58,009 nucleotides of DNA, from the IMG/VR virus record IMGVR_UViG_3300028571_000031, positions 1 through 58,009 of that record; one strand, written 5' to 3'. A program made the position numbers and the translations under genes. The notes below the pieces were generated by a model. It was not told where the DNA came from and made no database searches. It saw nothing but the letters and a program-made list of their open reading frames with translations. Positions 1-7,950 of the stretch are shown here, piece by piece (the stretch's first letter is position 1; the number at the start of each line of letters is the position of its first letter). The DNA comes from a virus. Lineage: Duplodnaviria > Caudoviricetes.

Positions 1-2
1 TG

Positions 3-470
3 GGCTACGCTGAGGCCGTCCGTAAGGGTGAGATTGATATTTGGTCTCTACGAGATCGAACAGGGAAGCCCAGATTCACGATTGAAGTGGACAAGAGCTA
101 CAAGGGGAAGCCCACTGGACACCACATTGAACAGCTGAAGGGTAAGGGTAACCGTACTCCGGGTTACGCAAGCACGAATACCAAAGAGGCAATCAAGTTC
201 CCTGACGAAGTTACCTTGTGGAATTACATCTTCAAGCAGCTTGGTATCAATCCAAAGCAGGTATCTGACTTCGCTGCCTGCAGAGTAGGCGACCAGCCAG
301 ACGCCACTGTTGCCGCTTCAACGCGGAACTTCGACAGACCGTACATGCCAACCATCGCCGTGTTGTCCAGAAGGCTTGATGGAGTGGCGGACTTCGTCTC
401 CATGAAGACACCGAAGGTCATACGAGCCGTGGCCCTCATGGAAGAAGCGGCTAGCATCCTGTCTAAGTAG
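3..470 (+). CDS. PcfJ-like domain protein, 5' truncated by the window edge
   Basis: Frame is open from position 3: GYAEAVRKGEIDIWSLRDRTGKPRFTIEV...IEQLKGKGNR matches the PcfJ-like pattern; C-terminal LMEEAASILS tag. Confidence 0.7.
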   Translation, partial: GYAEAVRKGEIDIWSLRDRTGKPRFTIEVDKSYKGKPTGHHIEQLKGKGNRTPGYASTNTKEAIKFPDEVTLWNYIFKQLGINPKQVSDFAACRVGDQPDATVAASTRNFDRPYMPTIAVLSRRLDGVADFVSMKTPKVIRAVALMEEAASILSK

Positions 471-473
471 TGC

Positions 474-502
474 TTGACTTCTCAAGTCAATCATGGTACA
501 AG
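474..502 (+). promoter_or_regulatory. sigma70-type promoter
   Basis: TTGACT-17 bp-TACAAG with extended -10 TG; palindrome TTGACTT-CTC-AAGTCAA overlaps the -35. Confidence 0.55.
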
Positions 503-526
503 TTGATCTCACAGTAGGAGATCAAC

Positions 527-829
527 TTGTCGAAGACTACGAAGAAGACGGTCGAAGACTTCGTTGCAAAGCTGCAAGATGGTACGTCGATTGAGATCGA
601 CACCAGTGCTGACGAGGTCAGCATCATCCTTGATGCTCCTCCGGGCCGGGTCTGGAACGAGAGCGGCTGCCACATCTCGTGTGGCATTCATGGTCACGGT
701 TTCGTCTTCTCGGGTAAGAGGATCAACTGGACTGCCACGCTGGCAGATGTGATCTCCATCATCGACCAAGGCACCGAGCTTTGTGATGACGAAGACTGCG
801 ACGCCTGTGGCCGAGACGCTGACAGCTAG
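527..829 (+). CDS. hypothetical protein
   Basis: TTG start with AGGAG RBS, downstream of the promoter; Cys-containing acidic C-terminus. Confidence 0.6.
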   Translation: MSKTTKKTVEDFVAKLQDGTSIEIDTSADEVSIILDAPPGRVWNESGCHISCGIHGHGFVFSGKRINWTATLADVISIIDQGTELCDDEDCDACGRDADS

Positions 830-886
830 CTGCCCTGCATGTACACTACTCTTGTTCTATTACATCCGCGTTTCAAGGAGCAATCG

Positions 887-1168
887 ATGCCAGTCAAAGA
901 AGAAACCACCATGACGAAGGCTGCAAAAGGCAGCACGAAGAGTGGGATTACCTTCACGGGTCTGCTGACCGTCGTGCTCATCACGCTGAAGTTGACGGGC
1001 ACTGGGCAGGTAGCCAGCTGGTCTTGGATCTGGGTGCTCAGCCCGTTGCTGATTGGCCCAGCGCTTTTCGTTGCGGTCTTGGTGCTGCTTGCTCTGGTGG
1101 TCGGATCGATCTTTGCGATCGACTGGTATATGGGCACCCGGAAACCCAAGCACCGTCGCTGGCGCTAA
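887..1168 (+). CDS. small membrane protein
   Basis: AAGGAG RBS; two hydrophobic segments and the LKLTG...WSWIWVLSPL motif common in phage membrane proteins. Confidence 0.7.
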   Translation: MPVKEETTMTKAAKGSTKSGITFTGLLTVVLITLKLTGTGQVASWSWIWVLSPLLIGPALFVAVLVLLALVVGSIFAIDWYMGTRKPKHRRWR

Positions 1169-1929
1169 GGCTTCTTGTCTCCTGCAAATCTAGACCGCTG
1201 CTCAGCAATACGAGCAGCGGTCTTTTCTCTTTGGTCGGCTACACGTGCAGCGCGGTCGTCAGCGGCGTCTGCTCGCTTCTCAGCGAGCTTCTCAGCGTTG
1301 GCCTTGGTCTTGGCTTCCCTAAGCTCCTTGGACGCTTGGCGCTTCTCAGCTTGAGCCTCACGCTTCTCTGTCTGCTCGCTCTCCCGCTTCTCCTTAGCCT
1401 TCAGCTGCTCCTGCTTCTTCTTGTCAGAAGCCTTCTTGATCTCAACCTTCTTCTGGGTCTTGGGGTCCTTCTTCTCTCTCTTCTTCTTCTCTTGGACCTT
1501 CTTCTCGTCCTTGGCTGCGATGGCGAAGAGCAAGAATAGGTGCTTGCAGACCCTCGGGATCATCTTGGGGTTGGTGAACCGTGGTCGCTGTCCGTTTGAT
1601 TGAACGACAGCTGATGACCCTTTGGACGCCAAAGCCACCTCGCAGTGGTATTTGAAGTATGGACAAGAACACCAGCACCAAACGTTTGTGCTTGCACTGA
1701 CTGGTCCATAGAAACGGGCTACCAGTTTACGCCAGCCGTCAGTGCACTTCACCCTGTACTTGTATTCTCGGTAAGTGCCGGTATCATCCGTGACGGAGTA
1801 TCCACCCACCTCAGTAACGGAGTTCTTAGACCTCCGAGGAGGGGCGTAACTGTGCCCGAAACACTGTGCTTGTGCTCTCTCTTTTGTCTTTGAGGGCGTA
1901 GCATGAAGGATGGATCTCAATGCCAGCAT
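1165..1929 (-). CDS. SWIM zinc-finger protein with charged coiled-coil tail
   Basis: CWCSCPYF...CKHL SWIM pattern; start reassigned to the ATG at 1929. Confidence 0.7.
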   Translation of the reverse strand: MLALRSILHATPSKTKERAQAQCFGHSYAPPRRSKNSVTEVGGYSVTDDTGTYREYKYRVKCTDGWRKLVARFYGPVSASTNVWCWCSCPYFKYHCEVALASKGSSAVVQSNGQRPRFTNPKMIPRVCKHLFLLFAIAAKDEKKVQEKKKREKKDPKTQKKVEIKKASDKKKQEQLKAKEKRESEQTEKREAQAEKRQASKELREAKTKANAEKLAEKRADAADDRAARVADQREKTAARIAEQRSRFAGDKKP

Positions 1930-3383
1930 CTGTATCTTCTTTCGACGAAAACGAGCGACCCACAGCAACTAAAAGGTCTATCAAGAAGAGTACAAAGAAG
2001 AAAGCACGAACAAGCTCTCATCTTGAAACACTCGTTTCGCATACGAAGAAGCTGACCGTTGACGAGCTTCTTGAGCTATATAGGGCGTACGACTCAGTCG
2101 TAATTGACTACGTATTCTCGCACCTATTGCTGCCACATACTCGCTTTGCCCGCACATGGCTCAGAGATCAGGTTCGTGACCTCTGTGCTGGTACCGACCG
2201 CAACAGGCTCATCCTGACGGCTCGTGAGAGGAAGCGGGCTGAGGCTGACTTCGAGTCAAGGGGTAAGACTGCCTACAGTGACATCCTGAAGCCGAAGCAT
2301 GACGAGTTCGCCCGCAAGGCACTCACTTGCCTTCGTGAGTGTGAACTAGACGGCGTCTCTGAAGAAACACTGGTGCAGGCAAAGAGTCTAGGTGTCAGCA
2401 GGCTTGTCTTCGACGACATGGGTAACTACTGCTACGCACTGACCGACAGGTACCCTGAGCTTCTGGCTGATTGGTGCTCAGCAGCGACTGTGGGTGACAC
2501 AGAAGACATGCAGCAGATAGAGGCGCAACTGGCTGCCATCCGTCTGGAGATCGGCATCAGGAGCTATGACGCTTGGTACGTCGTCATCAATCTCCGCTCC
2601 TGCTACGACCAGATTGACAGGATGGTGCAGACCGTCTGCCTCGGTTTCGCCAGACTCCTGTTTCGATTCGCTCACCAGCTACGCGGCGTGACCTCAACAG
2701 AGGAGAACTTCTCCGCTGGTTATGAAGGTCTGATGCGGGCAGCACGAAACTATGACCCCGTCGACGGAAGCTCATTCACTGCCCACTGCCAGTGGTGGGT
2801 GAGAAGTGCAGTGCTACAACGGCAGCGTCAAGCAAGTGTTATACTTCTACCGACGACGACGTGGTACCAGTTGTCGCTTCTTCAGCGTGGTAACTCGGAC
2901 CTGACTGACGACCGTGTGTCCTCTCTCAAGGAGAGGGCCGAGATGTTCTACACGAACTCGGCAAACGCCTCACGGTCCTTCGTTGATGATGATTCGGCCA
3001 ACGAGGGCTTCTCTTTTGAGGCCGTTCGAGTTACCAGTCCAGATGCTGCATTTGTGCTTGGCGATTCTCTAGCCAGAAGTCAGGCAACTCAGGATATCCA
3101 CGAATCGGACAACATCCGAAACATCGGATCTGAGGTGGCTCAGGAGATTATTTCCCTGATTCACGAGGAAGACCCATCGCTCCTATTCCCAGTGTTGCTC
3201 TGGGCTTTGAACTCGGGTATAGACTCAACACTCCTCGCCGAGGCAACAGCCCAGCTGTTCGTCAGTGAGGACAAATCGCTTGCGGAAAAACTTCGTCATG
3301 AAAATGCGAAGTCGTTCCAACAGGCACTTGAAAAGAAAAACCAAACGGTTGCTAGCGCAACCAACAAACACAGGAAAACCTAA
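1920..3383 (+). CDS. phage sigma70-family RNA polymerase sigma factor
   Basis: Region 2 motif GYEGLMRAARNYDPVDGSSFTAHCQWWVRSAV...ILLP; start codon uncertain. Confidence 0.8.
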   Translation: MPASVSSFDENERPTATKRSIKKSTKKKARTSSHLETLVSHTKKLTVDELLELYRAYDSVVIDYVFSHLLLPHTRFARTWLRDQVRDLCAGTDRNRLILTARERKRAEADFESRGKTAYSDILKPKHDEFARKALTCLRECELDGVSEETLVQAKSLGVSRLVFDDMGNYCYALTDRYPELLADWCSAATVGDTEDMQQIEAQLAAIRLEIGIRSYDAWYVVINLRSCYDQIDRMVQTVCLGFARLLFRFAHQLRGVTSTEENFSAGYEGLMRAARNYDPVDGSSFTAHCQWWVRSAVLQRQRQASVILLPTTTWYQLSLLQRGNSDLTDDRVSSLKERAEMFYTNSANASRSFVDDDSANEGFSFEAVRVTSPDAAFVLGDSLARSQATQDIHESDNIRNIGSEVAQEIISLIHEEDPSLLFPVLLWALNSGIDSTLLAEATAQLFVSEDKSLAEKLRHENAKSFQQALEKKNQTVASATNKHRKT

Positions 3384-4381
3384 TGGCAACGTCCCTAAAG
3401 AAGGCAGCGAAAGATTCCGGAACCAGTGGTCGATTCGACGACCCAATCAAGGGGGATATGTACCAAATCCCCACGAAGAACACGCAGATTCGTGCTTGGG
3501 AAGAAGTGCACGAAGCTCGCTCCCACTACGTGGAGTTCTACTCGGAGAAGAAGGGTGGGAAGACCGGCTTCCCTGAATTCTGCCTCAACTGGGATCCTGT
3601 CAAGGAAGCCGTAGTTGATGGTGGTTGCCCACTGTGCGAGAAGGGTCACAAGACTCAGACGCACTACTACCTGTACATCATCGAGCGTCGCGCTCAGCAG
3701 AAGACCGGCAGCACCATCGTCAAGGTGGTTCGCTTCACCGGGAAGTTCGCTGGCAAGGTCGGCAAGCTGTCTGAGATGGCCTACCCCGACATGGACCCAG
3801 ATGAGGCTCCAGACGCAACTGACCGGAAGCAAGGCTTCGACATCTTCATCTCCCAGAGCAACAACTCGGGCAAGACGGAGTATGAGTGCGGCCAGAGCGA
3901 CAAGAAGCCCCTGACCAAGGACGAGATCGCGGCCTTCGAAGACTACGCTGAAGAGCACAACATCTCGAAGATGATCAAGCCCTTCATCCGCAGCCGGACG
4001 GAAGTCCTGAACCAGTTGACCAAGATGGGTGTTGACGGCTTCGGTGGAAGCAAGCCCGCTGGTGGTGGTCGTGAGCAGGGTCAGGCTCGCGGCAAGAAGC
4101 GCTCCTACGAGGACTTCGATGAGGTCCCAGAGGATGGCGACAAGGAGCCAGCAGCCAAGCCCAGCCGAAAGGCACGTGATGAGGACGATGAGCCCCCAGC
4201 ACGCAAACCTGCGAAGCGCACCTCCCTGACGGGAGATGACGATGAGGAAGACGCGGATGACGTGCGTCCCAAGGGCAAGAGCCGCCTCGACAAAGAGGAC
4301 GATGAGCCGCCAGCCAAGCCACGTCGCTCGTACGCGACAGCATCAGCTGACGATGCCCCCGACGCCGACGACGAGGAGTGA
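3383..4381 (+). CDS. single-stranded DNA-binding protein (gp32-like)
   Basis: His/Cys zinc ligands (H...C...CPLC), aromatic OB-like core, long acidic tail, located next to recA. Confidence 0.7.
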   Translation: MATSLKKAAKDSGTSGRFDDPIKGDMYQIPTKNTQIRAWEEVHEARSHYVEFYSEKKGGKTGFPEFCLNWDPVKEAVVDGGCPLCEKGHKTQTHYYLYIIERRAQQKTGSTIVKVVRFTGKFAGKVGKLSEMAYPDMDPDEAPDATDRKQGFDIFISQSNNSGKTEYECGQSDKKPLTKDEIAAFEDYAEEHNISKMIKPFIRSRTEVLNQLTKMGVDGFGGSKPAGGGREQGQARGKKRSYEDFDEVPEDGDKEPAAKPSRKARDEDDEPPARKPAKRTSLTGDDDEEDADDVRPKGKSRLDKEDDEPPAKPRRSYATASADDAPDADDEE

Positions 4382-4387
4382 ACTAGG

Positions 4388-4867
4388 ATGCTGAGATTGG
4401 TGGATTCCATGTCTTGTATTACGGTCGCCGAAGTAGAAAAGCTCCTGAAAGCGACAGTAGGTAAGGCATGGATCCTCCTTCTCACAGAACCACCGCGTTC
4501 TGTGCCAAAGGTCAAGCCCGGTATCCAGTCACTGACATACCGGGTTCTTGATTCCCTGATTGCAGACAGAGGTCCTCTTGATGAGTCCCTCAAGAGCTTC
4601 GCGAAGCAAAGGCCACGCATTAGCTACCTCCGTGTAGCTATTGACCGAAACAATACCGAGGTAATGACGAAGCTCGGTGTTGTTTGGCTTCCGCAAGTTC
4701 GGGTCATGAAGAATGGAAGGTCACTCTTCCGTTCTTCAGTTTCCACTGGAGACAATGGGCAATTCTTGGCGCAAGACGTTGGTGGTAAGAGTTTCGTTCG
4801 TCGGACATCTTCACCAACTGGTCTCATCAATCTCGTCGATGCTCTGAGTGCAGAGCTAGACCGCTAG
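4388..4867 (+). CDS. thioredoxin-fold protein lacking CxxC
   Basis: YLRVAID...LGVVWLPQVRVMKNG resembles the thioredoxin C-terminal half with its cis-Pro. Confidence 0.5.
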   Translation: MLRLVDSMSCITVAEVEKLLKATVGKAWILLLTEPPRSVPKVKPGIQSLTYRVLDSLIADRGPLDESLKSFAKQRPRISYLRVAIDRNNTEVMTKLGVVWLPQVRVMKNGRSLFRSSVSTGDNGQFLAQDVGGKSFVRRTSSPTGLINLVDALSAELDR

Positions 4868-4876
4868 GGAGTTACA

Positions 4877-6193
4877 ATGGCAACAAAGAAAACACCAAAA
4901 GCATCTGCCGACGCAGATGCTGCCAAGGTTTCGACTGCAAAATCTGGTTCAAAGGAGAAGAAGAGTCTTCTCGATATCATCTCGGGCATCGAGAAGGAGA
5001 AGGGGGTCAAGAACGTTGACCTCGTATCTCGTGGCTCAGACTACCTGAGCACGGGTTGTCTGTCGCTCGACCTGATCATGGGCGGCGGCTACTTTGGTGG
5101 TCGAGTGCTTCAGATCTATGGGGGTGCAGGTGTCGGTAAGTCCTCTCTCGCTTTGATGGCTGGTAAGGCCCTCCAGCGAAAGAAGGTCATCACCCTCTTC
5201 CGTGATCACGAGGGTACGACAGACCCTGAGTACGCCAATGCGCTGGCGAAGAGCATCGGCTTCGACCCACGGGAGACCAATGGTGGTTACTTCCGCTACA
5301 GCCGTCCAAAGGACGGTGTGGAGACGTACGAACTCATGCTGTCGATCCTGCAGTCGCTGGATGACTGCAACGGTGGACCGCCACCGGTGGCTTTCATGAT
5401 CGACTCCGTGGCAACCATGCCTACGCGTGGCGAGATGGAAGACTGGGAGAAGAACAAGCGCATGGCGCAGCGTGCCACGATGCATTCGGAATGGTGGGGT
5501 CGATTGCGGTCTTTGATCTCTGCCAAGAATGCAGCGCTCATCGCCGTCAACCAGATTCGAGCCAACCCAAGCCCCTACGCTGCCCCTGAGACGCGTCCCG
5601 GTGGTAATGCGTGGGAGTACTCCACTGACAACCTCGTCAAGGTGAAGAAGGGCAAGCCAGTTGAAGTGAACGGCGAAGTCTACCAGCCGATGAAGTTCAA
5701 GACCGAAAAGAACAAGAACTTCATCAGCCATCAGGAATGTGAAGTGTTCCTGAACCTCGGTAAGGGCATCGACCCAGCATCTGACGTGCTTCAGTTCTTG
5801 AAGCTCATTGGTTGCTACACCAAGGTCCAGATCGGCAAGAAGAAGTTCCCAGCAATCGTTGGGCTTGGCAAGGACTTCGACGGTGACTTCAAGAGTGCAG
5901 CGGCACTTGAAGACGTGATCCGTGAAGAACGCGCTGCTTCGCTGAACGACCCTGAACTGATCCCACAGACCTTGTTCGGCGCTTGTGAGGCACTGCTGCG
6001 AAGCGGTGAGGCTCGCACCCGCTACATGGACGAGAAGAAGAAGACAAAAGAGCCTGCTGAGGGTGAGGAGAACGAAGACTCCGCTACCACCAAGCAGACG
6101 TCTGTGACCGGATCCAACGAAGAAGAGCTTGACTCGGATGACGATTCCGAGTCAGAAGAAGAAGCCCCCAAGCTGGGCGTCAAGAAGACCTGA
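4877..6193 (+). CDS. recA: RecA/UvsX recombinase
   Basis: STGCLSLDLIMGGG, Walker A GGAGVGKS, IDSVA, NQIR and PGGNA motifs. Confidence 0.93.
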   Translation: MATKKTPKASADADAAKVSTAKSGSKEKKSLLDIISGIEKEKGVKNVDLVSRGSDYLSTGCLSLDLIMGGGYFGGRVLQIYGGAGVGKSSLALMAGKALQRKKVITLFRDHEGTTDPEYANALAKSIGFDPRETNGGYFRYSRPKDGVETYELMLSILQSLDDCNGGPPPVAFMIDSVATMPTRGEMEDWEKNKRMAQRATMHSEWWGRLRSLISAKNAALIAVNQIRANPSPYAAPETRPGGNAWEYSTDNLVKVKKGKPVEVNGEVYQPMKFKTEKNKNFISHQECEVFLNLGKGIDPASDVLQFLKLIGCYTKVQIGKKKFPAIVGLGKDFDGDFKSAAALEDVIREERAASLNDPELIPQTLFGACEALLRSGEARTRYMDEKKKTKEPAEGEENEDSATTKQTSVTGSNEEELDSDDDSESEEEAPKLGVKKT

Positions 6194-6247
6194 TCGCTTT
6201 CTTGTACAAACAGCACCCAACCAAACGAAGACCAAAGGATATACAAA

Positions 6248-6598
6248 ATGGCAACGAAGAAGAACAAAGACGGCAACGAGAAGCCGACCACCCGCCGAGC
6301 CAAGCTTGAAGCGAAGCTCATCGACAAGTTGGGACAGGACGTGCTTGACACGATCTTGTCCTCCAGCGCAGAGGAACTCCAGTTCAAGCTTGGCTCACTG
6401 GCCAAGTACGAAGTGGACACAGAAGAGTCGCTTGAGAAGGACGAGGGCATTGCGAAGCTCTCTGACGACCTCAAGCAGATGAAGGCCCCCTACACCGACA
6501 TCATCAAGGGCATCAAGCTCCAGCGGAATGTGATCGCCAGCGTGATGCAGGAACTTGGTCGTCAGACTACATTGGCCGGTCTCAAGCCGAAGATCTGA
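6248..6598 (+). CDS. hypothetical coiled-coil protein
   Basis: AAGGA RBS and phage-like codon usage. Confidence 0.7.
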   Translation: MATKKNKDGNEKPTTRRAKLEAKLIDKLGQDVLDTILSSSAEELQFKLGSLAKYEVDTEESLEKDEGIAKLSDDLKQMKAPYTDIIKGIKLQRNVIASVMQELGRQTTLAGLKPKI

Positions 6599-6625
6599 AT
6601 CAACAGCAAGATCCAAACGTCGGAC

Positions 6626-6654
6626 TTGCACTCCAAAGTAACCAGTGCTATAAG
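6626..6654 (+). promoter_or_regulatory. sigma70-type promoter of the leader and tRNA operon
   Basis: TTGCAC-17 bp-TATAAG with extended -10 TG. Confidence 0.75.
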
Positions 6655-6663
6655 GTGTCCATC

Positions 6664-6759
6664 ATGTTCTTCCTCAGCATCTCCCTCAGCTATAGTTCCT
6701 CGTCAGCGCTCTTGTCGCTGTCGAGCCTATGCTCATGCGGAGAGGTACTTGTCGACTGA
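6664..6759 (+). CDS. attenuator leader peptide MFFLSISLSYSSSSALLSLSSLCSCGEVLVD
   Basis: 31 codons including 11 Ser, 7 Leu, 2 Cys and 1 Tyr; lies between the promoter and the terminator; absent from the ORF track because of its size. Confidence 0.85.
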   Translation: MFFLSISLSYSSSSALLSLSSLCSCGEVLVD

Positions 6760-6802
6760 ACACTAAGGCCACTGTCTTAGGTTTGACAAAGACCCCTCTC
6801 CG
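6738..6802 (+). promoter_or_regulatory. antiterminator structure
   Basis: CGGAGAGG (6738-6745) pairs with CCTCTCCG (6795-6802); TTGTCGA (6749-6755) pairs with TTGACAA (6783-6789); inner hairpin CTAAGGC/GTCTTAG. Confidence 0.8.
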
Positions 6803-6827
6803 GAACCCGGCGAGGGGTTTTTTGTTT
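6788..6827 (+). terminator. intrinsic terminator (attenuator)
   Basis: GACCCCTCtCCGG-AAC-CCGGcGAGGGGTT hairpin followed by a T tract. Confidence 0.9.
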
Positions 6828-6868
6828 CCTGAAAACCGAATAATCAAGAAGATAGCTTGTTAGCTTGT

Positions 6869-6944
6869 GCCGACGTAGACCAATGGTAGAGTCAACTGGT
6901 CGAGGGCCAGTGTAGCGTGGGTTCGACCCCCACCGTCGGTACCA
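6869..6944 (+). tRNA. tRNA-Leu(GAG), short variable region, C33
   Basis: Acceptor GCCGACG/CGTCGGT, anticodon arm ACTGG-TCGAGGG-CCAGT, encoded ACCA end. Confidence 0.8.
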
Positions 6945-6946
6945 AT

Positions 6947-7035
6947 GCCCGGATGGTGGAACAGCTAGACACAGTGCTCTCAAACAGCGCCGCGACGAAA
7001 GAAGCTTGGGGGTTGAAATCCCCCTCTGGGTACCA
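6947..7035 (+). tRNA. tRNA-Leu(CAA)
   Basis: Cloverleaf with loop CTCAAAC, long variable arm, ACCA end. Confidence 0.9.
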
Positions 7036-7055
7036 ATAGCTAGCAAGCGTAATGT

Positions 7056-7180
7056 GCCGGGATGCTGGAACAGGGTGGACGAATCAAGAAGCCTTGACAC
7101 TTCTCAATCAAGGGCTGACAATAGCCGAGGTTGCGAGAAGACTCAACGCAAGCAGGTCAGTGATAAGATCGACCGTATGT
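7056..7180 (+). pseudogene. 5' part of a tRNA-Leu followed by an HTH-coding fragment
   Basis: GCCGGGATGCTGGAACAGG resembles the 5' end of the neighbouring Leu tRNA; the following sequence encodes EALTLLNQGLTIAEVARRLNASRSVI. Confidence 0.55.
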
Positions 7181-7257
7181 GCTGCTGTATCCCAACTGGC
7201 AGAGGAAACTGATTTAGATTCAGTGTAGTGTAGGTTCGAATCCTATTAGCAGCACCA
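7181..7257 (+). tRNA. tRNA-Leu(TAG), short variable region
   Basis: Acceptor GCTGCTG/TAGCAGC, anticodon arm ACTGA-TTTAGAT-TCAGT, ACCA end. Confidence 0.88.
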
Positions 7258-7271
7258 GTTAGATAGATAAT

Positions 7272-7361
7272 GGGAAGAAGGTCACTGTCGGTTTGTGGCG
7301 CCGGTCTGTAAAACCGGATCCCTTCGGGGAATCGTGGGTTCAACTCCCTCTCTTCTCACCA
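7272..7361 (+). tRNA. tRNA-Tyr(GTA)
   Basis: CCGGT-CTGTAAA-ACCGG, long variable arm, ACCA end. Confidence 0.9.
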
Positions 7362-7370
7362 GTTTGAGAT

Positions 7371-7460
7371 GCCCAGATGGCGAAATTTGGTAGACGCACA
7401 ATCTTCAGATGGTTGCGGCCCGTAAGGGCCGTGGGAGTTCGAGTCTCCCTTTGGGCACCA
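7371..7460 (+). tRNA. tRNA-Leu(CAG)
   Basis: CAATC-TTCAGAT-GGTTG, long variable arm, ACCA end. Confidence 0.92.
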
Positions 7461-7468
7461 GAAGCTAC

Positions 7469-7600
7469 GGTTTAGGTTTGAGAGAGCCGAATGTTAGTGG
7501 ATTATCCTGCAAAGATAATTGGTTCGAATCCAAAGCATGACTAGCAATAGTCATGTGGCAAGTGTCGAAAGACAACGGTGCCAACCTCCATAAACTACCA
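7469..7600 (+). ncRNA. atypical tRNA-like RNA with a Cys (GCA) anticodon arm and two extra GNRA hairpins
   Basis: TTATC-CTGCAAA-GATAA arm, TTGG-TTCGAAT-CCAA T-arm, extra hairpins, CCA at 7588-7590 and again at 7598-7600. Confidence 0.65.
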
Positions 7601-7630
7601 CTTGCTCTCTGTTCGTTTATTTTTGGGTAT

Positions 7631-7718
7631 GGATAGTGAAGTTGGGCATGGGCTAACCCCTCACTGGAAACGAGGTGGCACCTTCGGGTGTAGGGATCGA
7701 GACCCTCGCTATCCGCCA
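7631..7718 (+). tRNA. tRNA-Ser(GGA), 8/4 fold
   Basis: 8-bp acceptor GGATAGTG/CGCTATCC, 4-bp T-stem, loop CTGGAAA, GCCA end. Confidence 0.85.
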
Positions 7719-7734
7719 GTTCGTGTTCGTGTAT

Positions 7735-7824
7735 GGAGAGTGATGTTGGAAGTGGTCTGGCCCCGGTCTCGAAAACCGAGGTACGCCGTAAGGTGTAGGA
7801 GTTCGAATCTCCCTCTCTCCTCCA
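7735..7824 (+). tRNA. tRNA-Ser(CGA), probable 8/4 fold
   Basis: Loop CTCGAAA, long variable arm, TCCA end. Confidence 0.85.
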
Positions 7825-7843
7825 GTTCGATGTTCGTTGTTGT

Positions 7844-7935
7844 GGAAGGGTGTCCGAGTGGTTTATGGAACTCGTCTTGAAAACGAGAGTGTGCCTAAAA
7901 AGCCACCGTGGGTTCGAATCCCATCCCTTCCTCCA
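7844..7935 (+). tRNA. tRNA-Ser(TGA)
   Basis: CTCGT-CTTGAAA-ACGAG, long variable arm, TCCA end. Confidence 0.93.
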
Positions 7936-7950
7936 GTCAAGTCAGGGTAT

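Noticed and set aside
6660-6830. T-box riboswitch as the explanation for the leader
   Set aside because: No T-box GGTGGNACC bulge motif or stem I is visible; the codon-biased ORF and antiterminator fit ribosome-mediated attenuation better
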